The position numbers and the translations under genes were made by a program. A stretch of 64,000 nucleotides of DNA from an uncultured Flavobacteriales bacterium (lineage in GTDB: Bacteria > Bacteroidota > Bacteroidia > Flavobacteriales_F > PHOS-HE28). Positions 11,488 to 22,132 of the stretch are shown piece by piece. The notes below the pieces were generated by a model. It did no database searches. It was not told the origin of the DNA and saw nothing but the letters and a program-made list of their open reading frames with translations. Where the stretch lies: NCBI GenBank assembly GCA_963814325.1, contig CAWFCK010000016.1, positions 99,190 to 163,189 of the forward strand, written 5' to 3'. Within the stretch, counting starts at the first letter, position 1, and each line of letters starts with the position of its first letter.

Positions 11488-12491
11488 ACCCCACCATCAG
11501 ATTACACCCCCGTAGATCGCTGTTGTCGAAGCGCCCGAGCACTTCGAATGAGCCGTCGGCGTGCAGGCGACCGAGGTCCTGGGTGCTGATGAAGGGGCAG
11601 CTGGCGATGTTGCAGAGATCGATCACGTTGATGCCGCCTGTCCGACCGGTTGGCACACTGGCGAAGCGGGTCGTTCACATCGCGGAGCGAAACACGCATC
11701 CACGACGGGCAGCGGTAGAGGCCATCACCTGTTGACCACGCTTGTGAGAGCAGTTCGGTCATGCCGTATTCGCTGTGGACGGTGCTGGTGGAAAAAGCCT
11801 TCTTCAGGATCGCATGCAGTTCATCGCGTACGATCTCGGGCCGTCGCCCTTTCATGCCGCCGGTCTCCATCACCACCGTGTGCTTCAGCGGGATCGGGTG
11901 CTGTTCCGCCAGGTCCAGCAGCGCGAAGGTCACACCGAGCAACAGCGTTGGCTTTCCTTCCGCTTCGCCTTGGCGCAACACTTCCGCCAGCTTGTCGTAC
12001 TGATAGAGGTAGGTGCCACTGAGCGGATCGCCGCTGGCCGCGATCAACTTCTCGGCCATGTACACCAGCGAGCTCCCTTGGCGTTCCAGGTAAGCGGGCA
12101 ACAACGCCAGCACTCGCCAACCGGACGGCGGTCCGTAAGCTGCGGTGAAGGACGTGAGGAACGACCGCTCGTACAGTTCCGGCCAGGGTACGTGGTGGCT
12201 GCTCGTCACGGCGCCTGTCGTCCCGCTGCTGGTGAAGGTCATGCAGGGCTCCGGTCCATCGAGCAGCACGCGCCTGTTGCGAAAAAAGCTGATGGGCAGA
12301 AAGGGGATCTGATCCACCTGTTGCACGTGGCCGGGGTCACGACCGAGGGCGTTCAGGAATCCACGGTATACCGGGTTCTGAGCGGCGTGCAAGTGAAATA
12401 ATCCGAGCGCCAGCGCGTTGAACTCCCCGGCGGTCCGCACGGCGAACGGTCGCTCCCGCCACGACAGGTCGAAGGAGTTGCCAGGAGCCAT
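11488..12491 (-). CDS. LuxE-like acyl-protein synthetase/acyltransferase. Frameshift near 11640-11700
   Basis: PLSGTYLYQYDKL..., HSEYGMTELLSQAWS, PSWMRV.LRDVNDPL. The C-terminus is recoverable in another frame as GINVIDLCNIASCPFISTQDLGRLHADGSFEVLGRFDNSDLRGCNLMVG. Confidence 0.6.
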
Positions 12492-12513
12492 CGGGGCTGT
12501 ACCTTTGGAAGCG

Positions 12514-13011
12514 ATGGAGATGCGTTATAAGGCGTCAAAAGTAGCGGCTCTGGTGGCCGTAACGCTTGTTCTGGGCGCCTGCCTGAAACGCGAGGCCTAT
12601 CCCATTGAACCCGTTATCGCCATGAAGTCCGTGGAGATGACCGGTGACAGCACGTTGATCACGATCACGTTCACCGATGGTGATGGTGATATCGGCCTGG
12701 CGGAAGGCGACACCTTCCCACCGTTCGACGCGGCGTCGACCTATTATTTCAACCTGTTCTTCGATCCGCAACGCCGGGTGAACGGGACGTGGACGAACGT
12801 CAACCTGCCGTACTACTACCGTGTTGCGCCCATCACGCCAACTGGACAGGACAAGTCGCTCAATGGTGAGATCGCCTGGGCACTGCGCACACAGTTCTTT
12901 CCGCTGCCGCCACTTAACCAGGGCGATACCGTGCGCTTCAACGTCAGGCTTGTGGACCGCGCGTTACACGTGAGCAACACGGTGACCACCGAGGCCTTCC
13001 GCATTCCGTAG
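12514..13011 (+). CDS. Hypothetical lipoprotein
   Basis: Signal plus lipobox MRYKASKVAALVAVTLVLGAC. The upstream part of the ORF overlaps the luxE start, so I take the start as the internal Met. Confidence 0.5.
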   Translation: MEMRYKASKVAALVAVTLVLGACLKREAYPIEPVIAMKSVEMTGDSTLITITFTDGDGDIGLAEGDTFPPFDAASTYYFNLFFDPQRRVNGTWTNVNLPYYYRVAPITPTGQDKSLNGEIAWALRTQFFPLPPLNQGDTVRFNVRLVDRALHVSNTVTTEAFRIP

Positions 13012-13091
13012 ATACTGGTCGTTCCGACCAAGTGTCATGTTCACATGTGCACAATGCCCACATGCCCCCATGGTCACATGCCCACATGTCA

Positions 13092-14779
13092 TCAAACCAT
13101 CCCCACCAAGGCCTCGCTCACGTTGATCAGGTGGTCGCCCAGCTTTTCGCAGCTGTTGAAGAGGTCGTTGTAGATCATCCCGCTCTTGATGTTGTGGTCG
13201 CCGCTCTCCACGCTGCGGAGGTGTGTCCTGCGTAGTTCATCGCGGAACTGGTTGATGCGCTGCTCGGCGTCCATGGCCTCGTCCAGCCGCACGGCCTCGG
13301 GTTCGGCCTCCAGGTTGCGGATCATCACGGCGATAGCTTTGTCGAGCAAGCGCATCATATCCAGCAGGTGAACGCGTTGTTCGGGTGAGAACCACAGGCG
13401 CTCGTCGCTCTTGCGCTCGATGCTCTTGCTCATCTGGAAGAGAATGTCGCCCACGCGTTCCAGGTCGCCGATGATGCTGATCTGCGCGCGGATACGCTCG
13501 CTCAGGCGCTCGTCGCCCGCCTCGGCCGCGGTCTTTGTGAGGAAGCGGCTCACTTCCACCTCAATGCGGTCCGTGATGTCCTCGTACTTGGCGATGCGTT
13601 GAAGCAGGGCGGCGCGTTCGGCATCGTCCTTCTCGATCAACAGGTCGCGCACCAGCCCGAGCATGCGCTCACACAGCCTGCTGAACTTGATCACTTCCTT
13701 GTTCGCTTCGAGCAGGCTGAGTTCGGGGCTCAGGTGCATCATGGGATCCTCGATGTATTCGAGATGGTACTCTTCCTCGGGTGCGCCGCGCACGGGCACC
13801 ATGCGGGTGACCACCTTCTCGATGAAGCCGATGAAGCGCACCAAAAGCAGGGTGTTCACAATGTTGAACGCGATGTGCAGGTATGTGAGCGACCATCGCA
13901 GGGCATCCGTGTCGGTGAACGGGGATACATGGTTCACGCGTTCGGTGAAGAGCGCGACGCCTGCGAGGGCGGGCTTGAACAGGAGCAGGATCCAGATGGC
14001 ACCGAACAACTTGATGATGAAGTGTGCGCGCGCGGCCCGTTTGGCCCAGGCATTGCCCACAAGCGCGGCGATGTTTGCGGTGAGCGTGGTGCCGATGTTC
14101 TCGCCGATCACAAGGGCGGCGGCCATTTCGTAGTTGATGATGCCCTTCTCGCACATCAGCACGGTGAGGATGAGGGCAACGCTGCTGCTTTGGGTGAGGA
14201 TGGCGAGGGCGGCCCCGAACAGCACGAACAACAGATCTGAGCCCAACCCGAAGCTCGAAAGGCCGTGCAGGAAGCTCAACGCCTGTGCCGAAGGCGTTGG
14301 CACATATTCCTTCAACAGGTCGAGGCCGAGGAAGAGCAGGGCCGCACCCATCATCAGTTCGCTCACCGCCTTCCACTTTCCCCCGCGCATGAAGAGCAGG
14401 GGCAACGCCAGGCCCATGATGGGCACGGCCACCAGGGAAAGCTTGACCGACGAAAAGCCGATCCAGGCGAAGAGCAGGAGCTTCACCGTGGTGCCGATGT
14501 TGGCGCCGAACAGGACGGGGATGGCCTGGCGTAGGGACAACAGTCCGGCGTTCACGAAGCTCACCACCATCACGGAGGTCACGGACGAATACTGAACCAC
14601 CACGGTGGTGATGAAACCGGTGAAGATCCGCGGAAGCGGTCGCGCGTCATCGTCTCCAGCACACGTCGCATGCGGGCTCCGGCCACTTTCTGCAGGCCTT
14701 CGCTCATCACCTTCATGCCATAGATGAAGAGCCCGAGCGAACCGGCGAGCAGAAGGAGCTGGAGCAGGCCGAAATGCAT
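13092..14779 (-). CDS. Na/Pi cotransporter family protein with C-terminal PhoU-like domain. Frameshift near 14600-14640
   Basis: N-terminal piece MKVMSEGLQKVAG.RMRRVLETMTRDR (ORF 14579-14779), then the 503-aa ORF with SSVTSVMVVSFVNAGLLSL and duplicated Na/Pi transporter repeats. Confidence 0.75.
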
Positions 14780-14818
14780 GTGATGGAAAGGAGCGCGAAA
14801 CTACCGGTAAGATGTTAG

Positions 14819-15922
14819 GTGGACGTTAAGCCGGGTACCTTGATAGTGGCGGCGTTCGGGCCGATCAAAGGCTACTTTCGCCCGCTGATGGACCTGCGCT
14901 CCCCCGGCCGGCTGGCCCTATTGATGGCCCTGTGCACCGCGATCTGCATTGTTGTCGTGCTGTTCGCTCTAGCCCGCGTGCAAGGCAATGTGTTCGTTCT
15001 GAGCCATGCTGCGCTGTCCGCCATGTCAACGGGTCTGCTGGTGTTTCTGCTCGCACAGTACCTCATCCGCCGATTTGTGCAGGCCCGGGTGGACTTGATC
15101 CACCGCACCATCCATGACACGCAGAAAGGTGGATCGATATCCGCTGTGAAAGGAGCGGATCCGTTGGGTGCTGTGGGGGAGGAAGTGGGAACCTGGGCGG
15201 CGGAGAAACGCACGGAGATCACCGAACTCAAGGAGCGCGAACGTTACCGCCGCGAGTTCATCGGCAATCTGGCGCATGAGATGCGCACGCCGATCTTCAG
15301 CATTCAGGGCTACATCCTCACGCTGCTCGAAGGCGGGTTGGAGGACCCCAAGGTGAACCGGGACTTCCTGGGCCGCGCCAGCAACGGCGTGGATCGCCTG
15401 ATCCGCATCGTGGAGGATCTGGACGTGATCTCGCAGTTGGAGAGCGGCGTGATGACGATGGACATGTCGCGCATGGACCTGAACGGGACGGTCCGCGAGG
15501 CCATCGAGGTGTTGGAGATGAAAGCGAAGGAAAAGCGCATCTCGCTGGGGAACGAGGTCGATGGCGAGGTGCTGGTGCGCGCTGATCACGACCGGTTGTT
15601 GCAGTTGTTCAGCAACCTGTTCAACAATGCCATCAACTATGGACACGAGGGAGGCGTCTGCACGGTGCGTTCGTTCGACCTGGGCGACCGTGTACTGGTG
15701 GAAGTGGCCGACGATGGCATCGGCATTGCGGAGGAGCATCTGTCACGGCTGTTCGAGCGGTTCTATCGCGTGGGCAAAAGCCGCTCGCGCAACGAGGGAG
15801 GAAGCGGGCTTGGTCTCGCCATCGTGAAGCATATCGTGGAGGCGCATAACGGCACCATCGGCGTGAAGAGCGCGGAAGGTCAGGGCACCACGTTCAGCTT
15901 CACACTACCGAAGGCCAGGTAG
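14819..15922 (+). CDS. Sensor histidine kinase (two TM helices, HisKA, HATPase_c)
   Basis: H-box FIGNLAHEMRTPI, N-box NLFNNAINYG, G-boxes DDGIGI and GGSGLGLAIVK. Confidence 0.8.
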   Translation: MDVKPGTLIVAAFGPIKGYFRPLMDLRSPGRLALLMALCTAICIVVVLFALARVQGNVFVLSHAALSAMSTGLLVFLLAQYLIRRFVQARVDLIHRTIHDTQKGGSISAVKGADPLGAVGEEVGTWAAEKRTEITELKERERYRREFIGNLAHEMRTPIFSIQGYILTLLEGGLEDPKVNRDFLGRASNGVDRLIRIVEDLDVISQLESGVMTMDMSRMDLNGTVREAIEVLEMKAKEKRISLGNEVDGEVLVRADHDRLLQLFSNLFNNAINYGHEGGVCTVRSFDLGDRVLVEVADDGIGIAEEHLSRLFERFYRVGKSRSRNEGGSGLGLAIVKHIVEAHNGTIGVKSAEGQGTTFSFTLPKAR

Positions 15923-15940
15923 CAGCGTTCAGCGAAGCAG

Positions 15941-18900
15941 TTATTTTCGCGAAGCGGCACCGGCGTTTCCGCCCAGGCCGAACGCTTGCAACGGCCCATT
16001 GTTGTTGGCCACAACGATCAATGGTCTCCCGCCGGGCCCTGTGCTCAGCAGGGCCAGGTCCTTCACATGGCCCCACGCGAAGAAGCCACTGCGCATCACA
16101 GGCAGCGCTGTGAACCCGCCCTTGCCATCGCCTTTTAGGACCAGTCCGGTGCCGGCATCGTAGCGAGCGGTCTCCACTTCGGCGCCCCAGTTGTTGCCGG
16201 CGCAGATCAGGTCCACATGCCCGTCACCGTCAGCATCCATTGGGATGATCGCATTGATGGGCGCCACCTGCGCGATGTTCGGCAGGGCCTGAGCGGTGAA
16301 GTGGCCGTGGCCATCGCCGAGGAAGACCGTGGAGCGCATCATGCCCGCGGTCAGGTGCAGTGCTGACTTCAGCTTTTCAGGCGTGTAGATGCCGGCGAGG
16401 TCCGAGTTGGCGTAAGCATCGTAGGTGGGGAACTTCTGCAGGATCATGGGGCATTGCTGCGACGAGCATTCGCGACCACGCACGGGCAGCTGCTTGCCGT
16501 TCTTCTCCTTTGCCAGTACGATGTCGTGACGGCCGTTGTCATCGAAGTCGGCCCAATAGATGTGTATCGGATGATCCAGCGTGCCGTGGAACTTGCTGTT
16601 CCAACCGACGTTGCCTCCGATGATGTCGGGGTGCCCATCCTCGTTCACATCCGCGGTGGCGATGTTGTACCACCAGCCGTGGGTGTTGTCCAGTCCGGCT
16701 TCCTTGCTGATGTCCGTGAAGTGCCCGCTGTCATTGCGCAAATACATCACGCTCATCCATTCTCCGCAGAGCACCAGGTCGGGGTCGTTGTCGCCGTCCA
16801 TGTCGGTGAAGGTCATGCCCGTCACCATCCCCGGCTGGCGGGCTGCTGGTGCCAGTCGGTCGGTGGCATCTGCGAAGTGGCCCGTGCCATCGTTCACGAG
16901 CAGGAAGCTGATGGGTGGGGCAGGATAGTGTGCGGGTGTGGTGCGGCCGCCGACGAAGAGGTCCATGTCGCCATCGCCGTCGATGTCCGCGGCCGCTGCG
17001 CGCTGCGCACTGGCCATCAATTGTGGAAGTCGGTCCGTGCCTTCGGTGAAGTTGCCCTTGCCGGTGTTGATGTAGAGTCGTTGCGTGTATATCGGGTCGC
17101 GCAGGTCATCCTCGTTGCCACCCGCCAGCATCAGCAGGTCCTGGTCGCCGTCCTTGTCCGCGTCGAAGAACAGGCCGCCGATGGTCTCCTGTTCCACATA
17201 GGCCGACCACGGTTGCGAACGCGCGGCAATGAACGCGCCATCGGCGTTCTGCATAAAGAGCGCACTGGCTTGTCCATGCGCTCCGCCGATGAAGAGGTCA
17301 TCGCGTCCGTCACCGTTCACATCGCCCGTTGTCAGCATCGGTCCAAGCTCGCTTTGTTTGTGCGGCAGCAAGGGCTCCAATTCGAAGTCGTTGTACGGGT
17401 TCTCCTGATGGACCCAGCGAAGTCCGGAGTTGATCGTGGCATCGGTCATCAACGTTGGCGTCGGTGCCGGTTCCACGAAGGCCATGCCCTTCTCCTGTTG
17501 CACGGTGAGCAGTTGATCGGCCTTCACGTTCGTCAACAGTGAACGCTCGCCCATGGGCCAGCGCACTTCCAGGGTGTCGATAACGGTCGACGCGCCCAGC
17601 CCGAAATGAAGTACGGGTTCCACGCAGCTTTCATAACCGCGGGATGGATAGAGCTCCTGGTACTGCACGGTGCCGGCGAGATGCGCATACACCTTCGCGC
17701 CGAACGCAGCGCTCTTGCCGTTCATGGGCTTCACGCGCAACCAATGGCGATCGGTGAACGTGCTTGTGGCGCTGTTCACATAGATGGAGGCCGTGGCGTT
17801 GATGTTGTTGATCACCAGGTCGAGGTCGCCATCGTTGTCGAGGTCGGCATAGGCGGCGCCATTGCTGTTGATCGGCTCGGTGAAGCCCCAGGCCTGTGAA
17901 CTGTCGGCGAAGGTGAGGTCGCCGTTGTTGCGGTAGAGGTAGTTGCGGATGCGCGTGCTGGGAACCAGGTTGAGCGCGCCATAATAACCGGCGCCGCTGC
18001 GGATCGTATCGTACACGTTGCGCGCGAAGTCATTGTTGCGGACATCATGCAGGTAGCCATTGGTGATCAACAGGTCCTTCCAGCCATCGTTGTCCAGGTC
18101 GCAGAAGAGCGGAGCCCAGCTCCAGTCCGTGCGTGCGATGCCGGCGAGCTGGCCCACTTCGCTCCATGTGCCGTTGCCGTTGTTGAGCTGCAGCGTGTTG
18201 AGCATGTATTGGAAGAAGTAGCCGCCGGCCACGAGCTTCCAGAACTTCTCGGGGTTCATGCTCGCCATGTTTGTCTTGTTGCGCAGGTGATCGTCCGCCG
18301 TCATATCGAGCGTGATGATGTCCGGCAGCGCATCGTTGTTGTAATCGGCCACGTCGCAGCCCATGCCGAAGTTGCTGATGTGCCGTGTGCGTTGCTGGAT
18401 CTGCTCAGCGAAGGTGCCGTTGCGACGGTTGAGGTACATCAGGTCGGGCGCATCGAAGTCGTTCGCGGTGTAGATGTCCGGCCAGCCGTCCTGGTCAAGG
18501 TCGCTGACGCCCTGGCCCAGTGTGTAGTCATAGTTCTGCAGGAAGGCTGAATAGGTGGCATCCACGAAATGTCCGCCATCGTTGCGGAAATAGCGGTCGG
18601 TGGGCGCGCGATGCTCCTGCACGGCCTTGAGCGCCGTGAAGTTCGAGAGGCCCTTCATGCGGCCCAGCGGGTGGTTGATCACGTGCAGGTCGAGGTCGCC
18701 ATCGCGGTCGGCATCGAGGAAGGCGGCCTGTGTGCTATGCGACGAGTCGGCAACACCCAGGCTATGCGCGCGTTCGCTGAACGTGCCGTTGCCGTTGTTG
18801 ATGTAAAGCAGGTTCCGCGTGAGGGAGGTGTCGTTCGTGTTCCCGCTGCGGCATACATAGATGTCGATGTTCCCATCCGCGTTGACATCGGCCATGGTGA

Positions 18901-19282
18901 CGCCCGTGCGCCAGCCGGCCTGTGCTAACGGACCGATGGCCTTTTCGGTGATGTCCTCGAACTTCAGGTTACCGAGGTTCCGGTAGAGCCGGTCGCTTAC
19001 CTGATTTCCGGTGAAGTACACATCCTGCAGGCCGTCGTTATCAATGTCGCCCACCGCCACTCCGCCGCCGTTATAGGCATACACGTAGGTGAAGTAGTTC
19101 ACCTCCGGCGATTCGGTGATGGTGTTGTTGAAGGTGATACCGCTGGAGGTCGACGGTACGGAGGAAAGCAGGGGAGTGGTGCTCTTGACCTTTGCGTCGG
19201 AAGTATGATCCACGCCCGGCTTGGTTCCACAGGAAGCAAGGAGCAGGGCAAGGGCCAGGGTAGGCGAACAGCTACGAAGCAT
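15941..19282 (-). CDS. Large FG-GAP/VCBS-repeat lipoprotein with C-terminal ASPIC/UnbV-like region (CRTAC1 family)
   Basis: Lipoprotein signal MLRSCSPTLALALLLASCG. Many D.D.DG.DL repeats (DIDNDGLQDVY, DADRDGDLDLHV, DLDQDGWPDIY and others). The C-terminal part has the UnbV_ASPIC pattern. Confidence 0.7.
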   Translation of the reverse strand: MLRSCSPTLALALLLASCGTKPGVDHTSDAKVKSTTPLLSSVPSTSSGITFNNTITESPEVNYFTYVYAYNGGGVAVGDIDNDGLQDVYFTGNQVSDRLYRNLGNLKFEDITEKAIGPLAQAGWRTGVTMADVNADGNIDIYVCRSGNTNDTSLTRNLLYINNGNGTFSERAHSLGVADSSHSTQAAFLDADRDGDLDLHVINHPLGRMKGLSNFTALKAVQEHRAPTDRYFRNDGGHFVDATYSAFLQNYDYTLGQGVSDLDQDGWPDIYTANDFDAPDLMYLNRRNGTFAEQIQQRTRHISNFGMGCDVADYNNDALPDIITLDMTADDHLRNKTNMASMNPEKFWKLVAGGYFFQYMLNTLQLNNGNGTWSEVGQLAGIARTDWSWAPLFCDLDNDGWKDLLITNGYLHDVRNNDFARNVYDTIRSGAGYYGALNLVPSTRIRNYLYRNNGDLTFADSSQAWGFTEPINSNGAAYADLDNDGDLDLVINNINATASIYVNSATSTFTDRHWLRVKPMNGKSAAFGAKVYAHLAGTVQYQELYPSRGYESCVEPVLHFGLGASTVIDTLEVRWPMGERSLLTNVKADQLLTVQQEKGMAFVEPAPTPTLMTDATINSGLRWVHQENPYNDFELEPLLPHKQSELGPMLTTGDVNGDGRDDLFIGGAHGQASALFMQNADGAFIAARSQPWSAYVEQETIGGLFFDADKDGDQDLLMLAGGNEDDLRDPIYTQRLYINTGKGNFTEGTDRLPQLMASAQRAAAADIDGDGDMDLFVGGRTTPAHYPAPPISFLLVNDGTGHFADATDRLAPAARQPGMVTGMTFTDMDGDNDPDLVLCGEWMSVMYLRNDSGHFTDISKEAGLDNTHGWWYNIATADVNEDGHPDIIGGNVGWNSKFHGTLDHPIHIYWADFDDNGRHDIVLAKEKNGKQLPVRGRECSSQQCPMILQKFPTYDAYANSDLAGIYTPEKLKSALHLTAGMMRSTVFLGDGHGHFTAQALPNIAQVAPINAIIPMDADGDGHVDLICAGNNWGAEVETARYDAGTGLVLKGDGKGGFTALPVMRSGFFAWGHVKDLALLSTGPGGRPLIVVANNNGPLQAFGLGGNAGAASRK

Positions 19283-19636
19283 GGGGCCGCGGCGATTGGT
19301 GGAGCGCGCGAACAAAGTAACGAACCGCAGTGCCCCATGCGATGAAAGGGTCTCACAGAGCCTGCCTGCGGCAGGTCTCATTGGTATTTTACCGCAGATG
19401 AACACGGATGAACTCAGATGGAGGAGGATGAAAGTATTCCCCGCGCCTCCCGCGCCCCCGCGTGAGGCCCCTCATTCCTTTCTCACCCTCTGCGCGCTTT
19501 GCGCCTCTGCGTGAGATCCTCGCATTCTCCGCGCCTCCGTTTGCGGCCATGGCATTCCTTCGCGCTCTTCGCGCCCTTTGCGGTAAAAAACGTTGCGCCC
19601 CCGTTGCATCGTTGCGGTTCAACTTCACCCCGCCCC

Positions 19637-20873
19637 TCACTTCCCGATCTCATCCCACAGCTCGATCTCATTCTCGTTGTTCACGCTGATCCGCGGGATG
19701 TCGTTGTAGATCGTCACCTTTCCTGTGATGCACACCTTCTTGTTCATCAGGTAGGTCACGGGATCATAGTGGAAGTTGGGACCGTTGTAGTCCCAGATGG
19801 TGGCGTAGAACTCCTGGTTCGGATGGCTGCGGTCCAAGTTGAGGTACACCGCATTGGCCTTGGTGGTGCGACGGGTGCTGATCACGGTGCCGCAGATCGT
19901 GGCCGTTTTGCCGATCTGGTATTTCGCCTGCGAGGTGTTGAAGCGTCCGCCCGGTAACGGAGCGGGGATGGGCGGCACGTCCGCTGCGAGCGGATCGCCT
20001 TCGGCCTGCCAGGCCTTTGTGTTGTTCATGGCCTCGATCCGGTTCTCCAGCGAGTCGTCGAGCGCAGGGAACAGAGTCCAGCCCCGTGAGCTTTTCCACG
20101 CTGTCGATGGACACGGCGTAACCCATCATGTTGCGATCCGCCGGACCGTTGTTCATGATGAAGGCGATGCCCTTCTTCTCGGGCCCGTCCAGGTCCACGA
20201 AGGCTTTGAAGCAATACGTGGGAATGCTCACGAGTTCCTTGGTGGTCGGTGTGCTCAGCGTTGGAAGACCATCCGTGAGCACAGGGCCTGTGACGATGAA
20301 CACGCGCTCCTTCGCGTAGTGCACGTAGCGGCGGCCCCAGTCCTCCAGGTCGGCCCAGCTCTCGCGGTTCATCTCGGGCTTCTGCGGCGTGATGTTGCTG
20401 TACAGGTACGTGGCCTCCAATGCCTTCTGGCTCCATCGCATATCCGCGCTTGGCACCATGTGCCCGCGGTCGTATCCGCTGTTCCAATACTCATCGAACA
20501 GGTCGGTTCCGCCCTTCACCATCGGGTCGGGTTTGAAGGTGTCGATGCGCGCGAGGTTGCCTTTCATGATGTCGGGCATCACGATGTGTGCGGTCCACTT
20601 GGGGTCGTGCAGCTTGTCGTTCCACACCAGCGCGTGACCTGGGTGCATCACCACTTCATCCCCCGGAGCCAGCGCGGGAAGTCCGTAGGCCTTCAGGTCG
20701 CGTTGCATGATGGCCAGCTTCAGGTCCTCGATGGGGCCCAGCAGCAAGGACTGCTGCGATTCCAGCTGGTCATACTGGACCTGCAGCTTTAGAAGTTGCT
20801 GCTCCTGCTCTTGCGCATGTGCGGTGGTGCCGACAGAGAGCACAGCAAGTATGAAAAGGGATCGGAAGGTCAT
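19637..20873 (-). CDS. Secreted DNA/RNA non-specific endonuclease (NucA/Serratia-nuclease family) with an extra C-terminal domain. Frameshift near 20030-20100
   Basis: Signal MTFRSLFILAVLSVGTTAHA. Active-site motif DRGHMVPSAD. The C-terminal 130 aa continue in ORF 19637-20029. Confidence 0.75.
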
Positions 20874-21988
20874 CGTTCAGCGAATGTAATCGGGCGGCGC
20901 GAGTGGATCAGCGCGGCCAGCTCCTGCAATGCCCGTTCCAGAAGCTGCGGGTCGGGTGTTGCTGCCTGAACTGCGCTGCTTACGGAAGCCAGCGCTGTGG
21001 CCACGTTCAGATGTTCCTGGGCTTGCACCACGAAGCGCCCGGACCGTGCGTGCAGCTCGCCGAGGTACTCCTGCTCCTCCTGCCCGGGCGTGGGCACCAC
21101 CAGAGCGTTGCGGCCGATGCGCTCAAGGTCCATCAGCGTGGTGTAGCCCGTGCGGCTCACGATCAGCTCCGCTTGCAGCAGCGCGCCGGTGAGCGCATCG
21201 CCGCCGAGGTGCCCCAGGCGTCGCACATTGCCCACGACCTCATCCAGCGGTGGATCCGGCCTGCCGAGCACGAGCAGGTGGTCGCCATCGATCCGTTGCA
21301 GTTGCTCCATCAGTTCCTGTTCCAACAAGGTGCGCTGCGGCTCGGGCCCGCTGATCACGCACACCACGCGGTAGGGAGTGGAAGGCGCGATCGCGTGCAC
21401 AGGATCCATGCGGCTCACGGGCCCGATGTAGCGCGCATTCGCGGGAAGCATCGCGCCATGCGAAAGCTCACCGGCCAGCCCGGGTGCTTGCGCATCGTCG
21501 GGGATCCAGCAGCGATCGAACGGACGGATCTGGTGCAGGTTGAAGCGCCGTAGCAGGCCTTGCGCAATGGGCGTGAACGGAAAGACCTGGTGCGTGATGA
21601 TCACACTGGGCAACCCATCTGCGCGGATGCCGAAGCGTTGGTCGCTGATCACTGCATCGAGCTGGAGCGAACGCCGCAGGTCGAGGAACAGGTGATGCTC
21701 CTCACGCACACTGCGCAGCATCGCCGGGAACTGTTTCGCCATGGCCCACCCTTGCGAGTGCCCCTTCGCGTAGCGCACCTCCACGCCGGGAATGCGTACA
21801 TGCGGCAGCTCCGGGAAGGCATTGCGCAACAGGGCAAGCGGTCCCTTATCGGCCCCGATCAACGGCCGCGCGTCCAGCTCCAGCAAACGCCGGATGATGG
21901 GAATGCAGCGCGTGCTGTGCCCAAGTCCCCAATCCAGGGTGTGATCAGGATGCGGGTGCCGTGGAACATGTCGCCGCGAAGATCGCAT
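20870..21988 (-). CDS. Glycosyltransferase, GT1/MGT-like (UDP-glycosyltransferase with GT28-type C-terminal domain)
   Basis: LDWGLGHSTRCIPII near the N-terminus. C-terminal ...GGDALTGALLQAELIVSRTGYTTLMDL...ALVVPTPGQEEQEY. The stop overlaps the nuclease start (ATGA), suggesting an operon. Confidence 0.6.
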   Translation of the reverse strand: MRSSRRHVPRHPHPDHTLDWGLGHSTRCIPIIRRLLELDARPLIGADKGPLALLRNAFPELPHVRIPGVEVRYAKGHSQGWAMAKQFPAMLRSVREEHHLFLDLRRSLQLDAVISDQRFGIRADGLPSVIITHQVFPFTPIAQGLLRRFNLHQIRPFDRCWIPDDAQAPGLAGELSHGAMLPANARYIGPVSRMDPVHAIAPSTPYRVVCVISGPEPQRTLLEQELMEQLQRIDGDHLLVLGRPDPPLDEVVGNVRRLGHLGGDALTGALLQAELIVSRTGYTTLMDLERIGRNALVVPTPGQEEQEYLGELHARSGRFVVQAQEHLNVATALASVSSAVQAATPDPQLLERALQELAALIHSRRPITFAER

Positions 21989-22132
21989 CTCTACTTTCGC
22001 CGCCCCGATGAAATAAGCCAGAAGCTCGAGGCTCGCAGCTCATGGCTCACACCGCAATCCCAGCACACGCACAACCCAACCCACGAAGCAGCACCTCCGG
22101 TACACGAGCCTGAGGCCTGAGGCCAGTGGCTT

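Noticed and set aside
13032-13235. His-rich small ORF (MSCSHVHNAHMPPWSHAHMSSNHPHQ...)
   Set aside because: It is created by the CACATG repeat array and overlaps the 3' end of the Na/Pi transporter gene on the other strand. There is no support as a gene.
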